Source: Candidatus Aerophobota bacterium
GTDB lineage: Bacteria > Aerophobota > Aerophobia > Aerophobales > AE-B3A
DNA length: 46,915 nt
NCBI GenBank assembly: GCA_030616535.1
Contig: JAUWXE010000001.1
Coordinates: 1-46,915, forward strand
Direction: 5' to 3'
In this document: positions 18,078 to 25,893 of the stretch, piece after piece
Numbering within the stretch: the stretch's first letter is position 1
Layout: each line of letters begins with the position of its first letter
The notes under the pieces: generated by a model
The model's database searches: none
Seen by the model: the letters and a program-made list of their open reading frames with translations, nothing else
What the model was told of the DNA's origin: nothing
Translations under genes and position numbers: made by a program

Positions 18078-20171
18078 TCATTTTACCTGGAGTTTGGTGA
18101 AATCAGCTATGGAGAGAAAAGTTTTTCCTATTTTACTCAAAAGAGAAAGACGATTTAATCTTAAGTTTTGGTCTTCGCTCATCACTAAAACTCCCTCAAA
18201 GAAGTCATGAATTGAGTGCGTCAAAGTAGAAAGGATTTGATAGGCGTGCGGATAACTTTGCTCATTTAACAATTTTTCAACTTGGAGTTCGATCTTTTTC
18301 CAATGGAGATAAAGATTCCTTTCCTCTTTTTCTTCCAAAAGCTCTTCTCTTACGTGTTCAGGAATCCTGAGCCCCCATTCTTTGGCTTGCTTTAAGATGT
18401 TGACCAACCTCACGATGGCTATTACCTCTTCTTTGAATTCTGATCTGGTGGCAGCACTGCGAAGAGCATCCCCTCTTTTAACCACATCAACAACATTGTC
18501 GAAACCAGCCTTTAAGACGGCTTTAACCTGCTCTGTTTTAACTTCTTTCTCTTTAAGAATGCCGACAATTCTTGCCCGGAGGAATTCTTTAACTTTGAGA
18601 TCAATGCCGGTGGTTTTTTCTCGGTAAAGCTTTAAAGATTCTCTAATCAGGTAGTCTAAACTAATTTGCCATTCCTTATCTAAAATTATCTCAACTATTC
18701 CCTGTGCCTCTCTTCGCAAACCCCAGGGGTCCCCTGCTCCGGAGGGAATAAATCCGGCCCAGAAGGAACCTACCAGAGTGTCAACCTTGTCTGTTAAAGC
18801 GAGGATTGCTCCTTCCTCTGTGCGAGGAAGTCCATCTCCACTAAAGCGAGGCATTCTGTGTTCTAGAATGGCCTGAGCCACCTCCAAATCTTTTCCAGAT
18901 TGAAGGGCGTATTCCTGCCCCATTACTCCATGCAGAGAGGGAAATTCTTTAACCATCTGGGTAACTAAATCCGCCTTACAAAGATAGGCTGCTTCCTTTA
19001 CCTTTTCCTTAATTTTCTTACTCTGTCCCAGATGAGAGGCGATTCTATCAGCAAGCTTTACCAGTCTCATCGTTTTATCATAATAACTACCCAGTTTTTC
19101 CTGAGCAATCATCTCTTTAAGTTCTGATACCCTTTTGTCTAAAGGAGTCTTTTTATCCTCTTCCAGGAAAAACATGGCATCGGCCAAGCGTACGTGAAGT
19201 ACTCTTCGATTACCCTCCAGCACCTCTTCTAAGTGATCTTTATTACCTTCCCTTACTCCCACAAAATAGGCAAGACTTTTTTCCCCATCTCCCACTGAGA
19301 AATGCTTCTGATAATCTCTCAAGCAAGCTTTCAGGACAGGCTGAGGAAGAGAGAGAAATCTTTGATCAAACTCTCCTTTAAATAAAGTAGGATACTCAAC
19401 CAGATAGACTAGCTCCTCCAAAAGATCCTCATCCTCATAAATTCTTGCCCGGGGATAATTTTTTCTTAAGGAAGAGATTATTTTTCTTATCTGCCTAAGG
19501 ATCAGCTTTTTGCGTTCCTCCGGGTCCACTATGACGTAATTTTTTTTCAAAAGGAGAAAGTATTCCTGAGGGGTAGGTACCGAGAAATAAGAAGGAGAGA
19601 GGAAACGATGCCCTCTCGCTTTTCTATGCGAGGAAATTCCGGCTATCTTGAATCTTACCATCTTTTCCCCAAACAAAGCTAAAATAGATCTAACAGGCCG
19701 TCCAAATGAAAAATCTCCTCTTCCCCATCTCATAGATTTAGGAAAATGTATAGATCTGATGAGCTCACAGAAAAGGGAGGAAAGAAGCTTCTCTGTGGGT
19801 TGACTAATTTTCTTTCTTTTTATGTAAACATAGCTTCCTTTTTCTAGTTTTTCTATCCCTAGATCTTCTTTTTTCGTCCCTTTAGCTTTTAGGTAATCTC
19901 TGCCTTTGGGGGTAAGTCTTCCTGCCTCATCAAAAACCATGATTTGAGGAGGACCCATTTCTTTGTCAAAACGCTCTCTCTGGCGAGAAGATAGACCCAC
20001 TACCTGAAAGACCAGCCGTTGAGAACTGCCGAAAGTATTGATTCTTTCATAATCCAAATAGGCTGAGGCAAAAAGCTCCTCCCCTTTTTCTTTAAGCTGC
20101 CTGAAAGCCTCACCAACGAAAGAGGGTGGTAGGTCCTCCACCCCTATCTCTAACAATGCTGTCTTAGGCAC
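18078..20171 (-). CDS. glyS: Glycine--tRNA ligase beta subunit
   Basis: Homology begins at ALLEIGVEDLPPSFV. GTG at 20169-20171 has RBS aagagg 7 nt upstream and gives about 698 aa, a typical size. The tracked TTG start at 20303 adds 44 aa that coincide with a GC-rich hairpin element. Confidence 0.9.
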   Translation of the reverse strand: MPKTALLEIGVEDLPPSFVGEAFRQLKEKGEELFASAYLDYERINTFGSSQRLVFQVVGLSSRQRERFDKEMGPPQIMVFDEAGRLTPKGRDYLKAKGTKKEDLGIEKLEKGSYVYIKRKKISQPTEKLLSSLFCELIRSIHFPKSMRWGRGDFSFGRPVRSILALFGEKMVRFKIAGISSHRKARGHRFLSPSYFSVPTPQEYFLLLKKNYVIVDPEERKKLILRQIRKIISSLRKNYPRARIYEDEDLLEELVYLVEYPTLFKGEFDQRFLSLPQPVLKACLRDYQKHFSVGDGEKSLAYFVGVREGNKDHLEEVLEGNRRVLHVRLADAMFFLEEDKKTPLDKRVSELKEMIAQEKLGSYYDKTMRLVKLADRIASHLGQSKKIKEKVKEAAYLCKADLVTQMVKEFPSLHGVMGQEYALQSGKDLEVAQAILEHRMPRFSGDGLPRTEEGAILALTDKVDTLVGSFWAGFIPSGAGDPWGLRREAQGIVEIILDKEWQISLDYLIRESLKLYREKTTGIDLKVKEFLRARIVGILKEKEVKTEQVKAVLKAGFDNVVDVVKRGDALRSAATRSEFKEEVIAIVRLVNILKQAKEWGLRIPEHVREELLEEKEERNLYLHWKKIELQVEKLLNEQSYPHAYQILSTLTHSIHDFFEGVLVMSEDQNLRLNRLSLLSKIGKTFLSIADFTKLQVK

Positions 20172-20192
20172 CTGCTCGCCTCTTTGAGATGC

Positions 20193-20267
20193 TCGAGGGG
20201 GGAAATATCCCCCCTCGACGGCTCGATCGGCAAAGCCGACTCTCGCTTCGCTCGGGCAAGTCGAGCC
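20193..20267 (-). other. GC-rich multi-hairpin element in the glyQ-glyS intergenic region
   Basis: TCGAGGGGGG-aaatat-CCCCCCTCGA (20193-20218) has a 10-bp perfect stem. GGCTCGA (20220-26) pairs with TCGAGCC (20261-67), enclosing TCGGC-aaa-GCCGA (20227-39). It ends about 20 nt before the glyS RBS. Confidence 0.4.
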
Positions 20268-20389
20268 TGCTCCCCTCTTTTTTTCTGATATCTGGTCTGC
20301 CAAGGTTTGCTTGGTAACAATTCAGAGAAATTATTGAAATTTTTATACCTTAGGAATATCTCGGGACTCTTCCCCTCCGTCGCTGTATA

Positions 20390-21250
20390 TCAGCTACCAG
20401 AAATTGGCGAACCCGATTTCTGAAGGTAAAGACTAGCACATCTATTAGCCAGGCGACGTACTCTTTTGATGTGTCTTTCCCTTTCGGCAACTCCCAGGGC
20501 CCCTCGAGCATCTAGTAGATTAAAGGTATGAGAGCACTTGAGGACGTAGTCATAGGCTGGCAGGCAGAGTCCCTTTTGAAGAAGCCTTTTTGCTTCGGCC
20601 TCATAGATCCCAAAAAGTTTAAATTGAGTGAAGGCCTCCACCTCCTCAAAATTATAGCGGGAAAATTCCACTTCACTTTCATATTGAAGATCTTTGTATT
20701 TAATGTGAGAATTCCACTGGAGCTCCCACACATTTTCCACCCTTTGCAGGCACATTCCTATGCGCTCCAGACCATAGGTGAGCTCAACGGAGATCGGTTT
20801 CAGATCAAATCCTCCTGTCTGCTGAAAATAGGTAAACTGGCTAATTTCCATACCGTCCAATCTCACTTCCCATCCCAAGCCCCATGCTCCCAGAGTGGGA
20901 GATTCCCAATCGTCCTCAATGAATTTAATATCATGATGAAGAGGTTCAATGCCTAATTTTTTGAGGCTTTCCAGATAGATAGGCTGGATATCATCAGGGG
21001 AGGGCTTGAGAATTACTTGGTATTGATAGTGGAGTCGCATCCGATTAGGATTTTGCCCATAGCGTCCATCAGCCGGACGTCGGGATGGCTCCACATAGGC
21101 CACTCTCCAGGGCTCAGGCCCCAGGACCCTTAGAAAGGTGGCTGGATTAAAAGTTCCGGCTCCCTTTTCCACATCGTAAGGTTGAAAGATCAAACAACCC
21201 TGTTTTTTCCAGAAATCCTCTAAGGTAGATATAATATCCTGAAAGTTCAT
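20390..21250 (-). CDS. glyQ: Glycine--tRNA ligase alpha subunit
   Basis: [48 protein letters not shown]...[14 protein letters not shown] is near-invariant GlyQ sequence. Confidence 0.97.
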   Translation of the reverse strand: MNFQDIISTLEDFWKKQGCLIFQPYDVEKGAGTFNPATFLRVLGPEPWRVAYVEPSRRPADGRYGQNPNRMRLHYQYQVILKPSPDDIQPIYLESLKKLGIEPLHHDIKFIEDDWESPTLGAWGLGWEVRLDGMEISQFTYFQQTGGFDLKPISVELTYGLERIGMCLQRVENVWELQWNSHIKYKDLQYESEVEFSRYNFEEVEAFTQFKLFGIYEAEAKRLLQKGLCLPAYDYVLKCSHTFNLLDARGALGVAERERHIKRVRRLANRCASLYLQKSGSPISGS

Positions 21251-21337
21251 CCTGAATTATGAGGTAGTTCTATTTTCTCTTAAGCTCTTATTTCGAGCTT
21301 TTACTTTAAATGCTGTCTCTGGCCCCTAATCCGTTCA

Positions 21338-21366
21338 ATTATAGTGAGTCGACCATGAAAAGTCAA
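21338..21366 (-). promoter_or_regulatory. Candidate sigma70-type promoter for the glyQS operon
   Basis: The minus strand reads TTGACT (21366-21361), a 17-nt spacer, then TATAAT (21343-21338), about 85 nt upstream of the glyQ ATG. The leader contains the hairpin AAGCTC-gaaataa-GAGCTT. Confidence 0.45.
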
Positions 21367-21432
21367 GAAATCCTCGGGGAATGTGCTTGATTATATGGAA
21401 GAATCTAGTTAAGGCAAGGTGGGTTCGCTTTT

Positions 21433-21460
21433 TTGCAAATTTCTAATCTTTTCGTATAAT
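21433..21460 (+). promoter_or_regulatory. Candidate sigma70-type promoter for the DUF362 operon
   Basis: TTGCAA (21433-38), a 16-nt spacer, then TATAAT (21455-60). The tracked ATG 21459 lies inside the -10, which supports the downstream start at 21507. Confidence 0.45.
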
Positions 21461-21506
21461 GATAAAATGGGATAATCAGCTATTTGGCAAGGGGGAATAT
21501 GAGGTA

Positions 21507-22664
21507 ATGAATAAACCACAGGTTTCCATAGCTAAATGCCAGAAGATTCATGATTACCTGGGTGTGAGAAAAGCAGTTAAGAAATCTCTTGATCTGATTG
21601 GAGGGCTGGATAGCTTAGTTTCCCCAGGTGACAGGGTTTTGGTGAAGCCAAACCTTATTGGACCCTATCATTATACCACGGGAGCAATAACCAGTCCCCA
21701 TGTGATTAGAGCTTTATGTGAGCTGGCAAAAGAGGCCGGAGCACGGAAAGTAACTATAGCTGATGGATCTGCTGTAGGGTCTAAAACGGAGGAGGTCTTT
21801 GCCGTCACAGGATTGGGCGAGCTTTCCACCAGAATAGGGGCAGATCTGGTCAACTTAAAAAAAACCAAGACCATCTATATGGGAATACCTCAGGGAAAGG
21901 TCTTTAGAAGACTAAAGATTCCCGAAGCTGTTATAGAAGCTGATGTAATTATTAATGCTCCGGTAATGAAAACTCATGATGTCTTTCCGGCAACCTTAGG
22001 ACTGAAAAATATGAAGGGGGTGCTCCAGGAAAAAGATAAAAAGAGATTTCACAAATGGGGACTGGCCCAGTCCATTGTGGACTTAAATAAACTGGTTTTA
22101 CCTCAGGTTACCGTCTTAGATGGTACCGTGGGTATGGAAGGAATGGGACCTGCTCGTGGAACCCCGGTAAATCTCGGAATAATTATCTCTTCTTTCGATA
22201 CTGTGGCTGCCGACTCGGTGGCAGCAGCCGTGATGGGGATTGATCCCTCAGAGATAGAATACGTAAAGCTGGCTTTTGAGCAAGGACTGGGATGTGCTGA
22301 CCTTTCCCGGATTGGGGTGGTGGGTCTTTGTATCGAGGAAGTAAAAAGGCCCTTTGAACGGCTGAAATTAGATTTTAGGGCCTACAGAGAAAAAGGAATT
22401 GAAATTTATGAAAAGGGTGCCTGTAGTGGCTGTAGAAACACCATGCAAGCCGTTATTGCTGATTACATGGAAAGCAAAGGTAGGCTTGGTCTTCTTGATG
22501 GCTATACCCTGATCTTTGGTCAGCAGGTTAAGATTCCGGATAAATTTGAGGGAAAGCTGGTCAATATTGGCCTCTGCACCAGAAAATTTCGAGAAAAGGG
22601 TGAGTGCATTCCAGGCTGTCCTCCTCATCCCCATGATCTGGTAGCTTTCTTTGAGGATAGATAA
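21507..22664 (+). CDS. DUF362 domain protein with C-terminal Cys-rich (Fe-S-like) region
   Basis: The start MNKPQVSIAKC has RBS gaggt. VLVKPNL and PVMKTHD are motifs I recall for DUF362. The C-terminus has CSGCRN ... GLCTRK ... CIPGCPPH. Confidence 0.7.
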   Translation: MNKPQVSIAKCQKIHDYLGVRKAVKKSLDLIGGLDSLVSPGDRVLVKPNLIGPYHYTTGAITSPHVIRALCELAKEAGARKVTIADGSAVGSKTEEVFAVTGLGELSTRIGADLVNLKKTKTIYMGIPQGKVFRRLKIPEAVIEADVIINAPVMKTHDVFPATLGLKNMKGVLQEKDKKRFHKWGLAQSIVDLNKLVLPQVTVLDGTVGMEGMGPARGTPVNLGIIISSFDTVAADSVAAAVMGIDPSEIEYVKLAFEQGLGCADLSRIGVVGLCIEEVKRPFERLKLDFRAYREKGIEIYEKGACSGCRNTMQAVIADYMESKGRLGLLDGYTLIFGQQVKIPDKFEGKLVNIGLCTRKFREKGECIPGCPPHPHDLVAFFEDR

Positions 22665-22733
22665 AGGTGTCGATGGCCTCCGGCTTGTGTTATTACCACG
22701 ATGGGCTAAAATATAAATTAAGGAGGCACCTAC

Positions 22734-22952
22734 GTGGACGATGAAAAAGATTTTCGGAGAATGATTGACGATCTTAAATCTTACGTGGAAGGCTTGGAAA
22801 AAGGCTTTGATAGATTCTTAAAAAGACATCATCCCATTATAGAGAAAATAAAGAGTTCAAAGCCCATCAAGGAATTTTATGGATCAGAATTAAAGCCTTA
22901 CATTCAGCGGCTTGCAGAAGTGGGGAAGAAGTTGGAAGAGATCATAAAATAG
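22734..22952 (+). CDS. Small hypothetical protein (72 aa, predicted helical)
   Basis: Strong RBS aaggagg lies 7 nt before GTG 22734. It is charged and heptad-like (DFRRMIDDLKSYVEGLEKGFDRFLKRH...), with no recognisable family. Confidence 0.45.
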   Translation: MDDEKDFRRMIDDLKSYVEGLEKGFDRFLKRHHPIIEKIKSSKPIKEFYGSELKPYIQRLAEVGKKLEEIIK

Positions 22953-22980
22953 AGTGATATTCTCTAAGGACAGGTAAAAA

Positions 22981-23460
22981 ATGTCTTTGGAAGAAGAAAT
23001 TGGCAGGCTCTTAAAGAAGCATAGACTCACCCTGACTATTGCCGAATCAGCCACGGGGGGCCTGTTGACTCATCTGATAACCAATGTTTCCGGAAGTTCC
23101 GAATATTGTGAAGGAGGTATGGTTACCTACAGCAACCGCATGAAAGAAGAAGAACTAGGCGTTAAAGAGGAAACTTTAAAGAAGCACGGAGCGGTAAGTT
23201 CTCAGGTTGCCGAAGAGATGGCCTCTGGAATAAGAAGAAAAAGAGGTGTTGATGTAGCTCTCTCAACCACCGGTATAGCTGGCCCCACTGGAGCCACACC
23301 GGGAAAACCAGTGGGATTATTTTACATTGGGCTCTCCTCCAAACGGGGGACTCTTTCCAGGAAATGTCAGTTTCAGGGAACGAGACTTCAGAATAAGCAA
23401 AGCGCGGTGGAGCAAGCTCTCTCAATGTTAAAACACCATTTATTAAAGCACTATTCTTAA
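22981..23460 (+). CDS. pncC: CinA C-terminal-domain protein / nicotinamide-nucleotide amidohydrolase
   Basis: 159 aa; LTLTIAESATGGLL, VSGSSEYCEGGMVTYSN and STTGIAGPTGATPGKPVGLFYIG are the PncC/CinA-C signature. Confidence 0.8.
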   Translation: MSLEEEIGRLLKKHRLTLTIAESATGGLLTHLITNVSGSSEYCEGGMVTYSNRMKEEELGVKEETLKKHGAVSSQVAEEMASGIRRKRGVDVALSTTGIAGPTGATPGKPVGLFYIGLSSKRGTLSRKCQFQGTRLQNKQSAVEQALSMLKHHLLKHYS

Positions 23461-23471
23461 GGATATCGATT

Positions 23472-23885
23472 ATGAAAGAAAAACACGTGGTTACCTCTTT
23501 TCTTGAATACGATAATAAAATCTTAATCCTGAGAAGAAGCCAAGCGGTTGGTACCTACCAGGGAAAATGGGCCGGGGTGAGCGGATACATAGAAGAAGGA
23601 AACACCTCCTTTGAGCAGTCACTGGAAGAGATAAAAGAAGAAACAGGTCTTTCTCAGGTCGATCTTGAGCTAATAAAAAAAGGCAAGGTTTTGGAAGTCA
23701 TGGACGAGGATCTGGGAAGAAAATGGATCGTTCATCCTTACCGATTTCGAGTTAAAGACCCCACCAGGCTCAGAATCGACTGGGAACACAAGGAAGCAAA
23801 GTGGATACTTCCGCAAGATATTGTCAAATATTCTACCGTGCCAAAATTAAAAGAGACCTGGGAAAGGGTGGAGAATGAAAACTGA
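23472..23885 (+). CDS. NUDIX hydrolase
   Basis: The Nudix box is GKWAGVSGYIEEGNTSFEQSLEEIKEETGL (G-x5-E-x7-(R/L)E-x2-EE-xG). 137 aa. Substrate unknown. Confidence 0.8.
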   Translation: MKEKHVVTSFLEYDNKILILRRSQAVGTYQGKWAGVSGYIEEGNTSFEQSLEEIKEETGLSQVDLELIKKGKVLEVMDEDLGRKWIVHPYRFRVKDPTRLRIDWEHKEAKWILPQDIVKYSTVPKLKETWERVENEN

Positions 23886-24780
23886 TGTTATGAGGGAAGT
23901 TGCCAGGCGGATTGAGAAGATTAAGACTGATCGGGTACATGGAGCCAGCCAGCTTTCTAGACAAGCTCTAGAAGTGTTGAAATTAGTAATAAAAAAAGGT
24001 TCGGGCTCAAAGAACAATTTCCTTGAACGACTAAAAAATGTTGGAGCAAGGCTCATAAAGGCGCGCCCTAGTATGGCTCCTATAGCCAACATCACAGCGC
24101 GGCTCATCTATGAAGTATTCCAGGTGTCTAAGGGAAAAGAACTCGATTTCTTGAGGGATTTTGCCTGTTCTAAAACAGAGGAGCTTAAAAGATCCTCTAA
24201 ACTTTGCCTTGAAAAAGCAGCCACTCGTGGAGCCGAAATAATCGAAGACAGTGATAGGATAATGACTTGCAGCTACAGCTCAACTATTAAAGAGGTCTTT
24301 AGGATAGCCCATCGAGGTGAAAAAAAAGTTCGGGTTTGGGTTTTAGAATCCAAGTACAAAAATAGATCTTATGGTAAAATAATGGCGGAGAAGCTTTGCC
24401 GACAGAAAATTTTTGCTCGCATCGTTCCTGATGTTGCCATAAAGGATTGTATAAGTGAGGTAAGGAAAGTTTTGGTGGGTGCTGATTCTGTACTTCGGGA
24501 TGGTGGCCTCGTTAATGGCATGCCTACCTATGAGCTTGCCCTGTCAGCTAAAGGCAAACTACCATTTTACGTAGTTTGTGAGACGCTCAAATTTAATCCC
24601 CGAGTCAGTAGCAAGCAGGTCAAATTAGAAGAAGGTTTTGATCTCACTCCACCCGAGTTAATAACCGGAATAATAACCGAGGTCGGAACGTTTAAACCCG
24701 AAAATGTCACCCTGCAAATGAGAGGATTAGACAGCCGCTTCGGTGTGTTTAGGACTCTTGTCAAAGCTAAGCATTATTAA
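23875..24780 (+). CDS. eIF-2B alpha/beta/delta-like family protein (ribose-1,5-bisphosphate or methylthioribose-1-phosphate isomerase-type)
   Basis: It overlaps the Nudix gene by 11 nt. VLVGADSVLRDGGLVNGMPTYELALSAK...PFYVVCETLKF is the family core. At 301 aa it is shorter than the typical MtnA I recall. Confidence 0.75.
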   Translation: MKTDVMREVARRIEKIKTDRVHGASQLSRQALEVLKLVIKKGSGSKNNFLERLKNVGARLIKARPSMAPIANITARLIYEVFQVSKGKELDFLRDFACSKTEELKRSSKLCLEKAATRGAEIIEDSDRIMTCSYSSTIKEVFRIAHRGEKKVRVWVLESKYKNRSYGKIMAEKLCRQKIFARIVPDVAIKDCISEVRKVLVGADSVLRDGGLVNGMPTYELALSAKGKLPFYVVCETLKFNPRVSSKQVKLEEGFDLTPPELITGIITEVGTFKPENVTLQMRGLDSRFGVFRTLVKAKHY

Positions 24781-24992
24781 TTTGGCTACCGCCGGGATTT
24801 TGGGTAGTAAGATATTCTCTTTTCTTTAGGTATATCCGGTTACCTCGGCCAGTTCCTTGTAGTGCCTCTTCGAAAATACTCACTCCAACTCCGGCATTGA
24901 TAGCGTTTCCCACTGGAGCTCCTCTGGATTCTTTAATATAGGCACATTCTGTGAAAGGCAAAAAGTGAAATTGAAAGAAGGAGGCAACACAA

Positions 24993-25778
24993 ATGAAATT
25001 ATCATGTAGTTCCTGGTCTTTTCATAGAACATTTGAAAAGGGTAAGATAAACCAACTTGAGTGGATAGAGAAGTGCGCTAAAGATCTAGTGCTTGATGGC
25101 ATTGAGCTTTTGGATGGACATTTTCCATCAACCGAAAGAGCGTATTTGCATAATCTCAAGAAGTTTACCACAGACCTTGGTCTAACCATCGCTTGTGTAT
25201 CAGTCAGCAATAATTTTGGAAAAGACACACAAGAAAAAAGAAAAAAAGAAGTTAAAAAGGTAAAACAGTGGGTTGACATAGCTTATTATCTTGGAGCTCC
25301 TGTGTTGCGCATTTTCTCTGGTTGGCCTGAAGGCGAGAAGAGTCAATTATGGCCCGAGATGATAAATTGTCTGAAAGAAAGCGTCGAATATGCAAAAGAA
25401 GCTGGCATTGTCTCAGGTTTAGAAAATCACAATCATCATGCTTTCACAACGTCGGTAGACGATCTACTCAGAATCTTAAAAGAAGTTGACTCTGAATGGC
25501 TCAAAGTAACCTTGGATACAGGCGACTACATAGTAGAGACAGGGAAGCTGAACGGATATCCAGCTGTTGAAAGGGTAGTTAGCTTAGCTGTCTTTGTCCA
25601 TGCTAAACTCTATGAGTTAGACCAGAAAGGAGAAGATCATAAACAGGACTATGACAAAATTTTTGAGATTTTCAACAGAGCACATTACAGGGGTTTTATC
25701 TCTGTTGAATATGAAGGGGAAGAGGATGAGTTACTTGCTGTGCCGAGAGGGGTAAAATTTTTAAAAAGATATATATAA
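24993..25778 (+). CDS. Sugar phosphate isomerase/epimerase (xylose isomerase-like TIM barrel)
   Basis: RBS aaggagg. Supporting motifs: MKLSCSSWSF, DGIELL, LRIFSG, GLENH, LDTGD and ISVEYEG. Confidence 0.85.
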   Translation: MKLSCSSWSFHRTFEKGKINQLEWIEKCAKDLVLDGIELLDGHFPSTERAYLHNLKKFTTDLGLTIACVSVSNNFGKDTQEKRKKEVKKVKQWVDIAYYLGAPVLRIFSGWPEGEKSQLWPEMINCLKESVEYAKEAGIVSGLENHNHHAFTTSVDDLLRILKEVDSEWLKVTLDTGDYIVETGKLNGYPAVERVVSLAVFVHAKLYELDQKGEDHKQDYDKIFEIFNRAHYRGFISVEYEGEEDELLAVPRGVKFLKRYI

Positions 25779-25893
25779 AATGATTTCAGAAGCAACCTTC
25801 CGATTTTTGACTGTCTATATACTCCGAGATTAGAATGTAGCTTTGAATAAGAGATTTTAAAAAAAGGAAAAAATTGAGAAAAGGAACAAAGGA

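Noticed and set aside
20172-20303. A 44-aa N-terminal extension of GlyS in the tracked 741-aa ORF (MADQISEKKRGAGSTCPSEARVGFADRAVEGGYFPPRASQRGEQ).
   Set aside because: It starts at a TTG without an RBS and is low-complexity and Arg/Gly/Ala-rich, because it reads through a GC-rich hairpin element. A GTG with a good RBS sits exactly where GlyS homology begins.
21338-21360. The minus strand reads catggtCGACTCACTATAattg, a 12-nt identity to the core of the phage T7 class III promoter (TAATACGACTCACTATAGGGAGA).
   Set aside because: The upstream TAATA and the initiating GGG are absent. No phage-type RNA polymerase or vector-like sequence is nearby. The TATAAT part is better explained as the -10 of a 17-nt-spaced sigma70 promoter for glyQS. 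It is probably coincidence, though it could be checked against adaptor and vector databases.
21459-21506. The tracked upstream start (ATG 21459) for the DUF362 gene, and similar upstream starts for the genes at 5360, 35335, 38586, 39799 and 31970.
   Set aside because: These extensions lack an RBS and run through promoter elements or non-homologous sequence. Internal starts with good Shine-Dalgarno spacing coincide with the beginning of family homology.
24767-24961. A 64-aa minus-strand ORF (..ESRGAPVGNAINAGVGVSIFEEALQ..) faintly reminiscent of the C-terminal part of PurE/LarB-type proteins.
   Set aside because: It has a TTG start and no RBS, it overlaps the end of the eIF2B-like gene, and the similarity is too short and weak to call. 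It is possibly another gene remnant, but this is unsupported.
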